A stretch of 64,000 nt of DNA from Abditibacterium sp. (lineage in GTDB: Bacteria > Armatimonadota > Abditibacteriia > Abditibacteriales > Abditibacteriaceae). Positions 55,030 through 64,000 of this stretch are shown here, piece by piece (within the stretch, counting starts at the first letter, position 1; each line of letters starts with the position of its first letter). The DNA lies in contig OZ251992.1 of assembly GCA_965246885.1 (NCBI GenBank), positions 864,001 through 928,000 on the forward strand, read 5' to 3'. The translations under genes and the position numbers were made by a program. The notes under the pieces were generated by a model. That model saw only the letters and a program-made list of their open reading frames with translations, was not told where the DNA came from and did no database searches.

Positions 55030-56173
55030 GGACTCGCCCCTTTACCAACCGGACGCCGTGTTTTTGGACGGGACGCTGGGAAGTGGCGGGCACACACTCG
55101 CACTCTTGAAAGCTCATCCGACCTGCCGCGTGGTCGCTTTTGACCGCGACGGCGAATCGCAGAAAATCGCGCTCGAACGCCTTCAATCGGAAGGGGTCGC
55201 CGAGCGCGTGACGGCGGTGCAGGGCGATTTTCGCCAAGCGCCGTCGCTTTTGGAACCGTTCTTTGAAAACCAGAAGGTCGGAAGTGATGGCAGGCCAATC
55301 AAGGGGATTGATGGCGCATTAGTGGACGCGGGAATGAGTCTGATGCAGGTGTTCTGGCCCGAACGGGGCTTGAGCTTCCGCGAAGACGGCCCGCTCGATA
55401 TGCGCTACAATCGGACGAGTGGCCCCACCGCTGCCGATCTCGTGAACCGGCTTTCGCAGACCGAGTTGGAAGACATGTTCTTCCAACTCACCGACGAGAG
55501 ATGGGCGCGCCGCATCGCATTATTCATCGCAGAACAACGCCGCAGTCAACCCATTCGCACCACGTTGGAACTCGCCCGAATTGTCGAAAAGGCCATCCCT
55601 GCTTCTGTGCGCCGTTCGTCGCGCGTTCACCCCGCGACCAAAACTTTCGCCGCTTTACGCATTGTCGTAAACGACGAGTTTTGGGCACTCGACGACGGAG
55701 CACAATCACTCAGCAGTGTGTTGTCACCTTCAGCAAGACTGGTCGTTCTCACTTACAGCAGCAACGAAGACCGCACTTTAAAACGCACCTTTCGCCGCCT
55801 TGCGGGGCGCGAGGAGGAGGAATCCGATGGGTTCTTTCTTCACGCAACCAAGCCTCGCCGTTCTGCCGGGTTCTCCAGACCCCGACAAGACGAACAAGCG
55901 GCGCGCTCATCTCTCGCCCAACTTTTCCCCCATAGGGATAACTTTACCCGAAATCCACTTGAATTGCCATTCAAAACGGAACTTTCGGCCCAAAAATTAG
56001 AAAATCCGGTTCACATCGGCTCGGATGGCTTGGGTGTGACGTGGAAAATGACCACGCTCACGCGCAAACCGGTCGAGCCAACCGAAGCCGAAATCGCAGC
56101 AAATCCGCTCGCCCGCTCCTGTAAGTTGCGTGCCGCAGAAAAAGTCTCTCTCGAAGCGCCACAAACGCCCTAA
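54923..56173 (+). CDS. rsmH: 16S rRNA m4C1402 methyltransferase
   Basis: LHPPAMVAEVL, DGTLGSGGH, DAGMS, SFREDGPLDMR, HPATKTFAALRIVVNDE, NPLARSCKLR; start 54923 or 54944. Confidence 0.92.
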   Translation: MQPEQKAMEQGERRLHPPAMVAEVLAFLRCQQLADKDSPLYQPDAVFLDGTLGSGGHTLALLKAHPTCRVVAFDRDGESQKIALERLQSEGVAERVTAVQGDFRQAPSLLEPFFENQKVGSDGRPIKGIDGALVDAGMSLMQVFWPERGLSFREDGPLDMRYNRTSGPTAADLVNRLSQTELEDMFFQLTDERWARRIALFIAEQRRSQPIRTTLELARIVEKAIPASVRRSSRVHPATKTFAALRIVVNDEFWALDDGAQSLSSVLSPSARLVVLTYSSNEDRTLKRTFRRLAGREEEESDGFFLHATKPRRSAGFSRPRQDEQAARSSLAQLFPHRDNFTRNPLELPFKTELSAQKLENPVHIGSDGLGVTWKMTTLTRKPVEPTEAEIAANPLARSCKLRAAEKVSLEAPQTP

Positions 56174-56211
56174 GACAAACACCCAAAGCATACCAAACAC
56201 GGCAGCCAGCG

Positions 56212-56763
56212 ATGCAAACCCAGAGTGTGAGCGACGGGGTTGTAACCCACACTTGGCCCGTCGCTCACGCTCTGGGTTCACAATCCCGACGCCATCACAC
56301 CATGCCCGCCGCCGCCCGCCGTCACCCTCAACCCGAAGAACTCCTCCCCTCTCCCGTCGCATCTGACTGGGAGCAATTGGCGCCGCTTGTAGACCGCTTC
56401 ACTGACCAGCGCGACGACGAGCAACGCGCCAAGCGCAAGCAGAAACTCCGCCGCCACAAGCGTTTCTTTGTCTCGTCCCTCTTCGTGGTTTCGACGCTTC
56501 TCACGCTCGAACTCGTCGCGCTCGTCGGCCTCTACGCCCTCGACTTGCGAACAATTCGCCAATCAGATCAACTCGACCGCGATATTCGGCAGGCTAATCT
56601 ACAAAAAGCTCTGATAGCCGATAAAGAAGCGGAGATGAAGGCCGCGCCCTTGCTGAACCAATGGGCGCAGGAACTCGGCTTCCAAAAGATGGATAGCTTC
56701 ACTCCATCCGATAAAGTGAACAGCGACGCGCCCATGCCGCTGCCAAAGGAAAAGAGCCGCTAA
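56212..56763 (+). CDS. FtsL-like bitopic coiled-coil protein
   Basis: Basic stretch, one TM, coiled coil, WAQELGF; lies between rsmH and the PBP gene; start uncertain. Confidence 0.65.
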   Translation: MQTQSVSDGVVTHTWPVAHALGSQSRRHHTMPAAARRHPQPEELLPSPVASDWEQLAPLVDRFTDQRDDEQRAKRKQKLRRHKRFFVSSLFVVSTLLTLELVALVGLYALDLRTIRQSDQLDRDIRQANLQKALIADKEAEMKAAPLLNQWAQELGFQKMDSFTPSDKVNSDAPMPLPKEKSR

Positions 56764-56818
56764 CTATTAGCCGCGAGGCACGCCGCCAAGTCGCAAGCTA
56801 TGATTCCAAGGCAGAACT

Positions 56819-56900
56819 CCGTCATCCTGAGCTTGCGAAGGATCTCGCGTTACTCCGACGAGAGCGTGACTTGAGATCCTTCGCAAGCTCAGGATGACGG
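56819..56900. repeat. Palindromic REP/MITE-like element with 28-bp perfect arms
   Basis: CCGTCATCCTGAGCTTGCGAAGGATCTC ... GAGATCCTTCGCAAGCTCAGGATGACGG. Confidence 0.9.
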
Positions 56901-56967
56901 GGCGCTGCTTCTGGCGAGACCGTCCTCACACCCACCACCGCCCACATCACACCCATTCATCGCCGCC

Positions 56968-58824
56968 ATGACCCATCCCCGCACCATCGCCAAAACTTCT
57001 CAGCACCGCATTGAGCGTGTCTTTTATGTCTTCGCCGCAGCGTTTCTGGTGTGCGGCGGGCGCGTGGCTTGGTTGCAAATGGCCTCGCACGCGGCGACGG
57101 CCAAGGGGCCGGACGCGGCTTTTGAAAAGGCGCTGCTGCTTCCGGCGCGGCGCGGGCAACTGCTCGCGCGCGACGGGACGGCGATGGCCGTGACCATTGA
57201 CGAATACACCGTTGCCGCCAACCCGCGCGGCTGGTCGCGCGAGGAAAAAGACCGCGCCTCGGCAATTTTGGCCGCGACTTTGGGCGCCCCCCAAGCGGCT
57301 ATGCGCGCCAAGTTGGATGAAGTCAACAAACTGGGCGGCGCGAAGAACTACTACGTCAAACTCGCGCAGCACGTGGATGAGACGCACGCCGACGCCTTGC
57401 GGAAAGTAATGGGGCCGCAGCCCAAAGAAACGCGCAAGGACAGGTCGGCGCGCAAGAAGTTCTGGGAAACGCTTTCCCTCGAAGCGTCGCCGCGTCGCCA
57501 TTATCCGCTCGGTCAATTCGCGCCGCAATTGATCGGTTTCACCACCAATTCGGGACTTGGCGCCGATGGCATGGAAGCGGCGTGGCAAAAAACACTCGGC
57601 GGCACGAACGGCGAGCGCGAGGCTTTGGTGGACGCGCAGGGCCGCGCGGTTCCCGGAACGGTGCGCGTATGGCGCGAGCCGTCCGACGGGCTGTCGGTGC
57701 AAACCACCATCGACCCGAAAATCCAACAGGCCGCCGACGACACGCTGCGGGCGACCTACGAGAAATATCACCCGAACTTCTGCGTCGCCGTCGTTCTCAA
57801 ACCCGACACCGGCGAGATCGTGGCGATTTCGACCGCGCCCGGATATGACCCGAACGCGCGCCCGAAAAACATCGTGGACATCACGACCAATCGCGCGTTT
57901 TCCTACGCCTACGAACCCGGCTCGACGTGGAAAATCATCACGGCTTCGGCGGCGGTCGAAACCATCCCGAACTGGCAATCGAAGAGCTTCTACATAGACG
58001 GCCAAGCGCAAGCGGGCAACCACACCATCCACGATTGGCAGTTCTGGGGCGGGCACGTCCAACCCGGAATGAAGGGCCTGTCCGAGGGCATCCGCGACAG
58101 TTCCAACGTGTGTATGTGGCATTTCGCGCAGCTTATGCCGCGCGATACTTTGCCCAACTACGCCCGCAAATTTGGCGTCGGAACCAAGCCCAGTCTGCCC
58201 GGTTTCAACGTTTCCAAAGGCTACTTGCCGCGCTCGGACGCCAAAACGTGGTCAATGGCGCAGTGGGCGAACTTCTCGTTCGGGCAGGGCATGATGATTA
58301 CCCCGCTCCAACTCGCCCAAATCGGGTCGGTGATTGCCAACGATGGCGTAATGATGAAGCCAATGCTGGTCAAGTCCATCCGCGACGCGCGCGGCCAAAC
58401 GGTCAAGGCGTTCAAGCCACAAGTAGACCACCGCGTCATTCAAGCGGCAACGGCGCGCACCGTCAAGACCATGTTGCGCCGCGTTGTCGCCGAAGGGACG
58501 GCGCGCAAATACATCTTCATCCCCGGCTACGCGGCGGCGGGCAAAACCGGCTCGGCCCAAAAAGCGGTCGGCAAAAAGGGCTATGCGGCGGGCAAATTCA
58601 TCTCCTCGTTTGTGGGCATGATTCCCCTCGACCGCCCCAAATACGTCATCGCAGTCATGGCCGACGAGCCGCACGGCAGTCACTGGGGGTCGGAAGTCTG
58701 CGGCCCCGCGTTTACCAATATCGCCCAAGAAGCCGTCACCTCGATGCGCTTGGAAGACGGCCCCCGCGCTCCGGCGCCCGACGCCAATTTAATGGAGCGC
58801 CCTGCCGCGCCAGAGAAGCATTAG
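56968..58824 (+). CDS. ftsI: Class B penicillin-binding protein (FtsI/SpoVD-like)
   Basis: PARRGQLLARDG, RHYPLG, EPGSTWK (SxxK), SSN, GKTGS; dcw context. Confidence 0.85.
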   Translation: MTHPRTIAKTSQHRIERVFYVFAAAFLVCGGRVAWLQMASHAATAKGPDAAFEKALLLPARRGQLLARDGTAMAVTIDEYTVAANPRGWSREEKDRASAILAATLGAPQAAMRAKLDEVNKLGGAKNYYVKLAQHVDETHADALRKVMGPQPKETRKDRSARKKFWETLSLEASPRRHYPLGQFAPQLIGFTTNSGLGADGMEAAWQKTLGGTNGEREALVDAQGRAVPGTVRVWREPSDGLSVQTTIDPKIQQAADDTLRATYEKYHPNFCVAVVLKPDTGEIVAISTAPGYDPNARPKNIVDITTNRAFSYAYEPGSTWKIITASAAVETIPNWQSKSFYIDGQAQAGNHTIHDWQFWGGHVQPGMKGLSEGIRDSSNVCMWHFAQLMPRDTLPNYARKFGVGTKPSLPGFNVSKGYLPRSDAKTWSMAQWANFSFGQGMMITPLQLAQIGSVIANDGVMMKPMLVKSIRDARGQTVKAFKPQVDHRVIQAATARTVKTMLRRVVAEGTARKYIFIPGYAAAGKTGSAQKAVGKKGYAAGKFISSFVGMIPLDRPKYVIAVMADEPHGSHWGSEVCGPAFTNIAQEAVTSMRLEDGPRAPAPDANLMERPAAPEKH

Positions 58825-58842
58825 GTCATTCGTCGCGTGGTG

Positions 58843-58957
58843 GATGTCCGCGACGCCGCTACAGACGTCCGCGACGCCGCTACAGACGTCCGCGACGCCG
58901 CTACAGACGTCCGCGACGCCGCTACAGACGTTCACAGCGCGGTGCGGGACGTCCCTG
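58843..58957. repeat. 21-bp tandem array, family C
   Basis: GACGTCCGCGACGCCGCTACA-type units at 58843, 58864, 58885, 58906, with degenerate units at 58927 and 58948. Confidence 0.92.
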
Positions 58958-58971
58958 CTCGTGTCGTTGCC

Positions 58972-61900
58972 CTACGGTAGCAGTTCCGCGTCCACGACGA
59001 CGCGGAAGTTGCCCTCGGCTTGGATGCCAAAGAGGAACTCGACGTTGACGGTTGCGCCGGGGGCGAGGGCGCCGCCGGGCAGCGGCGCCGTCCAGCCGGA
59101 GTTGAGGCCGCCGCCGTTGCCACTCGAACCGGACGTGGGCACAAGCGGCGCTTCGCCGGGCTTGGTGGGGGCGTCAATGGTCATGCCGGTGGCGGCGCGT
59201 TGGATGGTGTGGGCGCTGTCGTAGTAGCGCACGCCGCCCGACGAGATGGCGCGCAGGTCAGCCACACCCGTCGTGGTGCTGGTGCCCGCCGTGATGCCCA
59301 CGATGCGAAAGCGCAGGGCACTCACGGCGGCGCCGGTGTTGTTGGTGATGGTGCGCCGGATGGTCAAGCGGCCTTTGGAATCTACCGTGCTGCCCTTGCT
59401 CACGTAGCGCGCGACGGCCGCGACGCCGGGGATGCTCAGGGCCGCGTTGCTGATGCCGTCGTTGCGCTGGATGGTGCTGCTCAGGTTGTGCGGGTTGGGG
59501 CTGCCCAAGCGCGCGGCGGTGAGCGGGCCAACGCCGGTGCGGTCAACGGTGCTGTTCGTCACGGCGGTGTCCACAAGGTTGAAGTCTTGGGCGTCGCTGT
59601 TCGACTTGGCGGGCATACCCGATTCGAGGCGCCGGATGTAGGCATATTCGTGGGTCGGACTGGTGGGCGCAGCGATAGAGGACAAATCACTCACGCTGTC
59701 AATAACTACGCCCGACGTGTTCGTGAGAGTGAAGGGAGTGTTGGCCGGGATGTCGCCTGTATACGTCATGTCGGCAGTGGCCACGTTGTTGAGAGAGTAG
59801 CCATCGGAGTTGGCAATGAGCAGGTGCCCGCCCACCGGGATGGTGCCAAAGAGAGGAACGGTTGTCGCACCGGCCACGACCTGCCAGCCGTCCACGACGA
59901 GAGGCCGACTCCTTAGGTTCGCCACTTCGATGAACTCATCGCTCGCGCCGCTCGGCCCGCTCAGGCGGAACTGAGAAATCACGGCGGGGCGAGGGTTGTT
60001 ATTCATAATGGTGCCCACGCCTACGCTTGGGTCTCCCAAACTGGCGTTGATAGGAGCCGAAAGCGTGACGGTGAAGGTCTTGCTCGGCCCGAATCCGGTG
60101 TTACCACCGACTGGCACGCTGATGATGCCAGTCGTGCTTCCCAGAGGGATGGAAAGCGTGCCAGAGGTGGCGCTATAGTCTTTCCCGGCGACGGCGGTGC
60201 CGTCGCTCGTGGCATAGTTCACGGTCACCGGCGCACTTGCAAAGGCCGAGAGGGTCACGATGAAGTCGAAACTCTTCGTGCCACTGGTGCCCGCCAACTG
60301 GGAGACGCTCCCGATGCTGAGAGAGGGGGTATTGAACTCAAAGGCGCCAATATCGGGTTTGCCGTCGCGCGAAACACCGCGCTCGTCGGTTGCAAGAGTC
60401 GTGCTTCCGGCGTCCACTGCCGGGCTGCCTTTGGGCAAGGCGAGAGTGAATGTCGGGCCACCATTGTCTTGAAGCGGGCCGAGGTTGGCGTTGGCGTTGA
60501 GTTTGTCGGTGGACGTGGAAAAGGCGCCACCCCCCGTGTCGTCGCACAGGTTGTAGCCGAGGTCGTTGATGGTGCCGGAAACGTTGGTGCCTCCATTAGC
60601 CGCGACGATGGAGTTGCCCACGCTCACGGTGCCGCCGGTGATCTTGAGGTTGGTGCTGTTGCCCGCGACGGTACAGCTTTGCAGCGTCGTGGTGCCGCCG
60701 GACGTGGAAACGCCGACTCCGCAACCTGTAATGGTAGAGTTCTCAATGGTGAGGGTGGCGCCGGTGTTTTGAACGCCGCGAGTGACACCAAAGAAGGAGT
60801 AGGTATTGCCAATGATGGTGCAAGCACGGAGGGTGACGTTGCCTCCTGTCGCGCCGACGCCAACTGGCCCGCCTCGAACCGTAAGGCCCACAAATGTAAC
60901 TGTGCCACTGGAAACCGCGAAAAGGTTGGTGCTCATCGTGTCTGCCACTCGCACCGTGACGCCCGCAGGGGGTGCCGTGATGGTGAGGTCGCTCGTGATG
61001 GCTGGGAGGCCCCCGTAAGAGGCGTCGATGATTTTGCTTGGCGCGGCGAAGGCTGTCCCGTCGAAGGTGATGACGCTGGGCTTGCTTCCCGCGTTGGCGG
61101 CATTGATAGCCTCGCGCAGGGTGCAGTCGAGCGGGCCGCAGACGCTGTCGTCATGGTCGCTGACGTTGTTGACGACGAAGTTTGGGCCGCTTTGCGGCGC
61201 TTCGTTTAGCTCGAAGGCGCCAATATCCGCGCCGTTGCCGCCGCTTGTGTTGGGAACTTGGGAGAAGTCAACGGGGCGGGCGAGTCCACGCGCGTCGGTG
61301 GGAAGAGTCGAGTTGCCCGCGTCTATGGCGGCGCTCCCCGTGACGAGGGCGATGGTGGCAACCGGCCCGCCGTTGTCGCGCAGTCCGGCGGGGTCGAGGC
61401 CGGGGCTGGTGTTGAGCTTGTCGGTCGCGGCGGTGAGAAGACCTTGGCCGTTATCGTCGCAGAGGTTGTAGCCGTAGTCGGTAAGCGGCGCGCTCAAGTT
61501 GCCGCCGGGGTTCGCGGCTACGATGGAGTTGTCAAGGCTCACACTGGGGGCGGGAGTGCCCGCTTGTAAGGTAGTCACGACGCCCTTGGCATTGCCCGCA
61601 ACGGTGCAGTTTTCGATGTTCAAATTCCCGCCCAAAGAGTGAAGGGCGGAGTTCGTGTTGCCCGTGAACGTGCAGTTGACAGCATGGACGCCACCGCTGG
61701 GAGCCGTGACGACGCCGTCGCCATTGCCGCTGAAAGTGCAGCGTTCCACATCAGTACCACCGTTGCGGGTGCTAAGGCCAACAGCGCCGCCGGTTATGGT
61801 CAAAGAGGAGAGCGTCAGGTTGTAAACGCGCGTGGTGAAGATGGTATCGGAAGCGCCTCCCTTGATGGTGACACCCGTACCGGGGTCTTCGGGGCCGAGG

Positions 61901-63090
61901 ATGGTGACAGAGTAGTTGGAGTTGGTGCCAGCACTGATGGTGGGCAAAGAGCCGTTGGTTAAAGCGATGGTTTGCTTGACCGCGAACACCGGCGAGTTGA
62001 ACGTGATGGAAGTTGCGAAAGATGTGGTACTGGCGGCGTTGGCAGCGCCAATGGCCTCGCGTAGGGTGCAGTTGGCGACGCCGCACACGCCGTCGTCGTG
62101 GTCACTCGTGCTGTTGACGACGAAATACGAGCCGGTTTGCGCGGAATCTTGCTCCTCGAACGCACCGATATCGGCGTCATCCCCAAAGACCGCGTTGGCG
62201 ACTGCGGGGAAATCGAAATGGCGGGGTTTGCCGAGCGCGTCGGTGGCAAGGCTGGAACGGCCTTGGTCTACGGCCTTGCCCAACGTCACGAGCGCGACGG
62301 TGAAAACGGGGCCGCCGTTGTCGGCCAAAATGGGGTTGCCGTTAGAATCTGTTTGCAGCCCCGCATCCATCGCGCTCCCGCCGATAAGGTTGAAGCCGTT
62401 GTCCGTGATGGGGCCGGAGACGTCGGCGCTGTTACCCAAAACCAAAGTGTTGCTGAGGCTCGTGCTGCTACCGGCAGAGATACCTTGAGCATTTTGGATG
62501 ACGGTGCAGCTTTGGATTGCGGCGGTGCCGTTCGTGTTAGAAAGGCCAGAGTTGATGTTGCCAAAGAGAGTGCAACCTTGCGCGGTGACGTTGGCAGTGC
62601 CGACGCTTATTCCTGTGCCGTTGTTGTTGAGGGTGCAGCGTTGAACGGTGACGTTGCCCGCGCGGGCGCTGATGCCGACGGTGCCGCCCGTTGCGGTCAA
62701 ATCGGAGATGGTGACGGTGCCGCCGGTGATACGGAAGACCGGGGTTCCGCCGGGGCCATTAGAGCCGTTGTTGTTGCCCACAACCGAGACGCCCGCGCCA
62801 GTGGCTGTTGGGCCTTGGATGGTTAGATCGCCGTTAATAGAGGGCAGCACACCGTTGACATAAATAGGTTGCTTGGCGGCAAAAGCCGAGGAGTCAAAGG
62901 TGATGCTGTTAGCGCCCGCCGCGCCGTTGGCAGCGTTGATGGCTTGACGCAGGGTGCAGTCGGTCGGGCCGCAAGTGGCGCCATCTGTATCGGCGGTAGC
63001 GCGGACGACAAAAGTGGCGGCGTGCGCAGGAATCACGCTGGCCACAACGAGGCCGAGGGTCGCGGCCCAGCGGGGGAAGTGAAGTTTCAT
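58972..63090 (-). CDS. Large secreted CSLREA / beta-helix / Calx-beta / lamin-tail surface protein
   Basis: Signal peptide; three D..C...CTLR(E/Q)AI.AAN modules each ending DNGGP..T.AL..AxD.G..DIGAFE; Calx-beta VTVNYATSDGTA; LTD VISQFRLSGP..DEFIE. Confidence 0.88.
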   Translation of the reverse strand: MKLHFPRWAATLGLVVASVIPAHAATFVVRATADTDGATCGPTDCTLRQAINAANGAAGANSITFDSSAFAAKQPIYVNGVLPSINGDLTIQGPTATGAGVSVVGNNNGSNGPGGTPVFRITGGTVTISDLTATGGTVGISARAGNVTVQRCTLNNNGTGISVGTANVTAQGCTLFGNINSGLSNTNGTAAIQSCTVIQNAQGISAGSSTSLSNTLVLGNSADVSGPITDNGFNLIGGSAMDAGLQTDSNGNPILADNGGPVFTVALVTLGKAVDQGRSSLATDALGKPRHFDFPAVANAVFGDDADIGAFEEQDSAQTGSYFVVNSTSDHDDGVCGVANCTLREAIGAANAASTTSFATSITFNSPVFAVKQTIALTNGSLPTISAGTNSNYSVTILGPEDPGTGVTIKGGASDTIFTTRVYNLTLSSLTITGGAVGLSTRNGGTDVERCTFSGNGDGVVTAPSGGVHAVNCTFTGNTNSALHSLGGNLNIENCTVAGNAKGVVTTLQAGTPAPSVSLDNSIVAANPGGNLSAPLTDYGYNLCDDNGQGLLTAATDKLNTSPGLDPAGLRDNGGPVATIALVTGSAAIDAGNSTLPTDARGLARPVDFSQVPNTSGGNGADIGAFELNEAPQSGPNFVVNNVSDHDDSVCGPLDCTLREAINAANAGSKPSVITFDGTAFAAPSKIIDASYGGLPAITSDLTITAPPAGVTVRVADTMSTNLFAVSSGTVTFVGLTVRGGPVGVGATGGNVTLRACTIIGNTYSFFGVTRGVQNTGATLTIENSTITGCGVGVSTSGGTTTLQSCTVAGNSTNLKITGGTVSVGNSIVAANGGTNVSGTINDLGYNLCDDTGGGAFSTSTDKLNANANLGPLQDNGGPTFTLALPKGSPAVDAGSTTLATDERGVSRDGKPDIGAFEFNTPSLSIGSVSQLAGTSGTKSFDFIVTLSAFASAPVTVNYATSDGTAVAGKDYSATSGTLSIPLGSTTGIISVPVGGNTGFGPSKTFTVTLSAPINASLGDPSVGVGTIMNNNPRPAVISQFRLSGPSGASDEFIEVANLRSRPLVVDGWQVVAGATTVPLFGTIPVGGHLLIANSDGYSLNNVATADMTYTGDIPANTPFTLTNTSGVVIDSVSDLSSIAAPTSPTHEYAYIRRLESGMPAKSNSDAQDFNLVDTAVTNSTVDRTGVGPLTAARLGSPNPHNLSSTIQRNDGISNAALSIPGVAAVARYVSKGSTVDSKGRLTIRRTITNNTGAAVSALRFRIVGITAGTSTTTGVADLRAISSGGVRYYDSAHTIQRAATGMTIDAPTKPGEAPLVPTSGSSGNGGGLNSGWTAPLPGGALAPGATVNVEFLFGIQAEGNFRVVVDAELLP

Positions 63091-63294
63091 AAGGAAAGCG
63101 CCACCCCTTTCAATTTGGCACAGGGCCATTTTAGCACCGCGTGTTTAAGTGCTGATTAAGACGCCGTGCGCTCCGCTCTAACTTCGGGCGGCGGTGACGG
63201 CGGCGCGTGCTGGAACCGGCTCGGCGGCCCCACAGCTAAACGCGCCCGACACGGTGGGATGTCGGGCGCGCGGCGTGGGCGGGGCGGACGCAGG

Positions 63295-63999
63295 CTACTT
63301 GTTTGCGCGCACCCAGTTGTGCGTTGTATTCACGTTGACGCACATACCGTCGGAAGTGTCGCTTGGCTCTTCGGGCCACATGAAGTGCTTGTGGCACTTG
63401 GTGCAACGCCACGCGACCGGGCCATGACCGGCGCGCTTGGCGGATGCGGCCATGTTGCGCTTGTTTTGGGCGTAGTAGTCGGCTATGCCCTTGTTGTAGG
63501 ACTTTTGTTCCTTTTGCGTGCTGGCGACGGTCTTTCTGTAGGTGGCGAGCAACTGAGGCGCAGTGAAGACGCTGTAGTGGGCAACGTCATCTTTCTCTAA
63601 CATACCCTTCTCGGCAGGGGCGTGGTAAAAGTATTGGAAGGCTCCTTCGGTGTTATCTATGGTGTGCATGTCTATGCCGAAAGTCATGACGACTTTGCAG
63701 GCCTCGAAGGTGAAGTTGTTGGCGTGCTCTCTCTTATCGGCGGCGCGCATATTCCTGAACCCGGCGCGGATGGTCTCCGGGATTGTCTTGACTTCGCCTG
63801 ATGAAGCGCCACGCGCGCCCTGTTGGAGATAGGTGACCCGGAACTCTGGGGTCGCACCGGGCCGGTATCCTGCGATTATGATGTTGGCGTTTTGAGGCGC
63901 GATTTTGCGGAGCGCCGCGCGCGTCTGTTTTTCGAGGACGTAAAGAGACGGGCCGTCAGGCGAATCCGAGTCGCTTTGGCGCCGCGCGTTCGGCCCGCC
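63295..63999 (-). CDS. Hypothetical protein, 5'-truncated by the window edge
   Basis: The frame of track ORF 63295-63750 stays open to the window end; C-terminal CTKC..C..H cluster. Confidence 0.6.
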   Translation of the reverse strand, partial: GGPNARRQSDSDSPDGPSLYVLEKQTRAALRKIAPQNANIIIAGYRPGATPEFRVTYLQQGARGASSGEVKTIPETIRAGFRNMRAADKREHANNFTFEACKVVMTFGIDMHTIDNTEGAFQYFYHAPAEKGMLEKDDVAHYSVFTAPQLLATYRKTVASTQKEQKSYNKGIADYYAQNKRNMAASAKRAGHGPVAWRCTKCHKHFMWPEEPSDTSDGMCVNVNTTHNWVRANK

Positions 64000-64000
64000 G

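Overview
A GC-rich bacterial chromosome segment. The gene repertoire (SLH-plus-beta-barrel envelope protein, S12 with an insertion, many Uma2, toxin-antitoxin and CSLREA genes) suggests a diderm Terrabacterium such as Armatimonadota/Abditibacteriota; this taxon call is inference only. Housekeeping genes: sppA, polA, rpsA, rpsL-rpsG, aroB, glnD, mntH-mntR, fusA, a deoxyhypusine/homospermidine synthase-like gene and a short mraZ-rsmH-ftsL-ftsI cluster. Also present are two c-di-GMP enzymes, a surface-glycan cluster (FkbM methyltransferases and glycosyltransferases), two Uma2 nucleases, an HNH nuclease, a stand-alone SRA/YDG protein and two back-to-back TA loci. Most notable signals: (1) at least seven intergenic arrays with a 21-bp period in four sequence families, several with short cores that occur in both orientations; (2) a YA(A/C)ACT-like -10 hexamer 6-12 nt before about 16 start codons, suggesting widespread leaderless or very short-leader mRNAs; (3) both TA loci carry an extra antitoxin-like gene; (4) fusA is separated from rpsL-rpsG by about 30 kb on the opposite strand; (5) long palindromic REP/MITE-like elements and candidate MntR and MraZ operators. 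No rRNA, tRNA, CRISPR-cas or transposase gene was recognised. All calls were made by eye without database searches.
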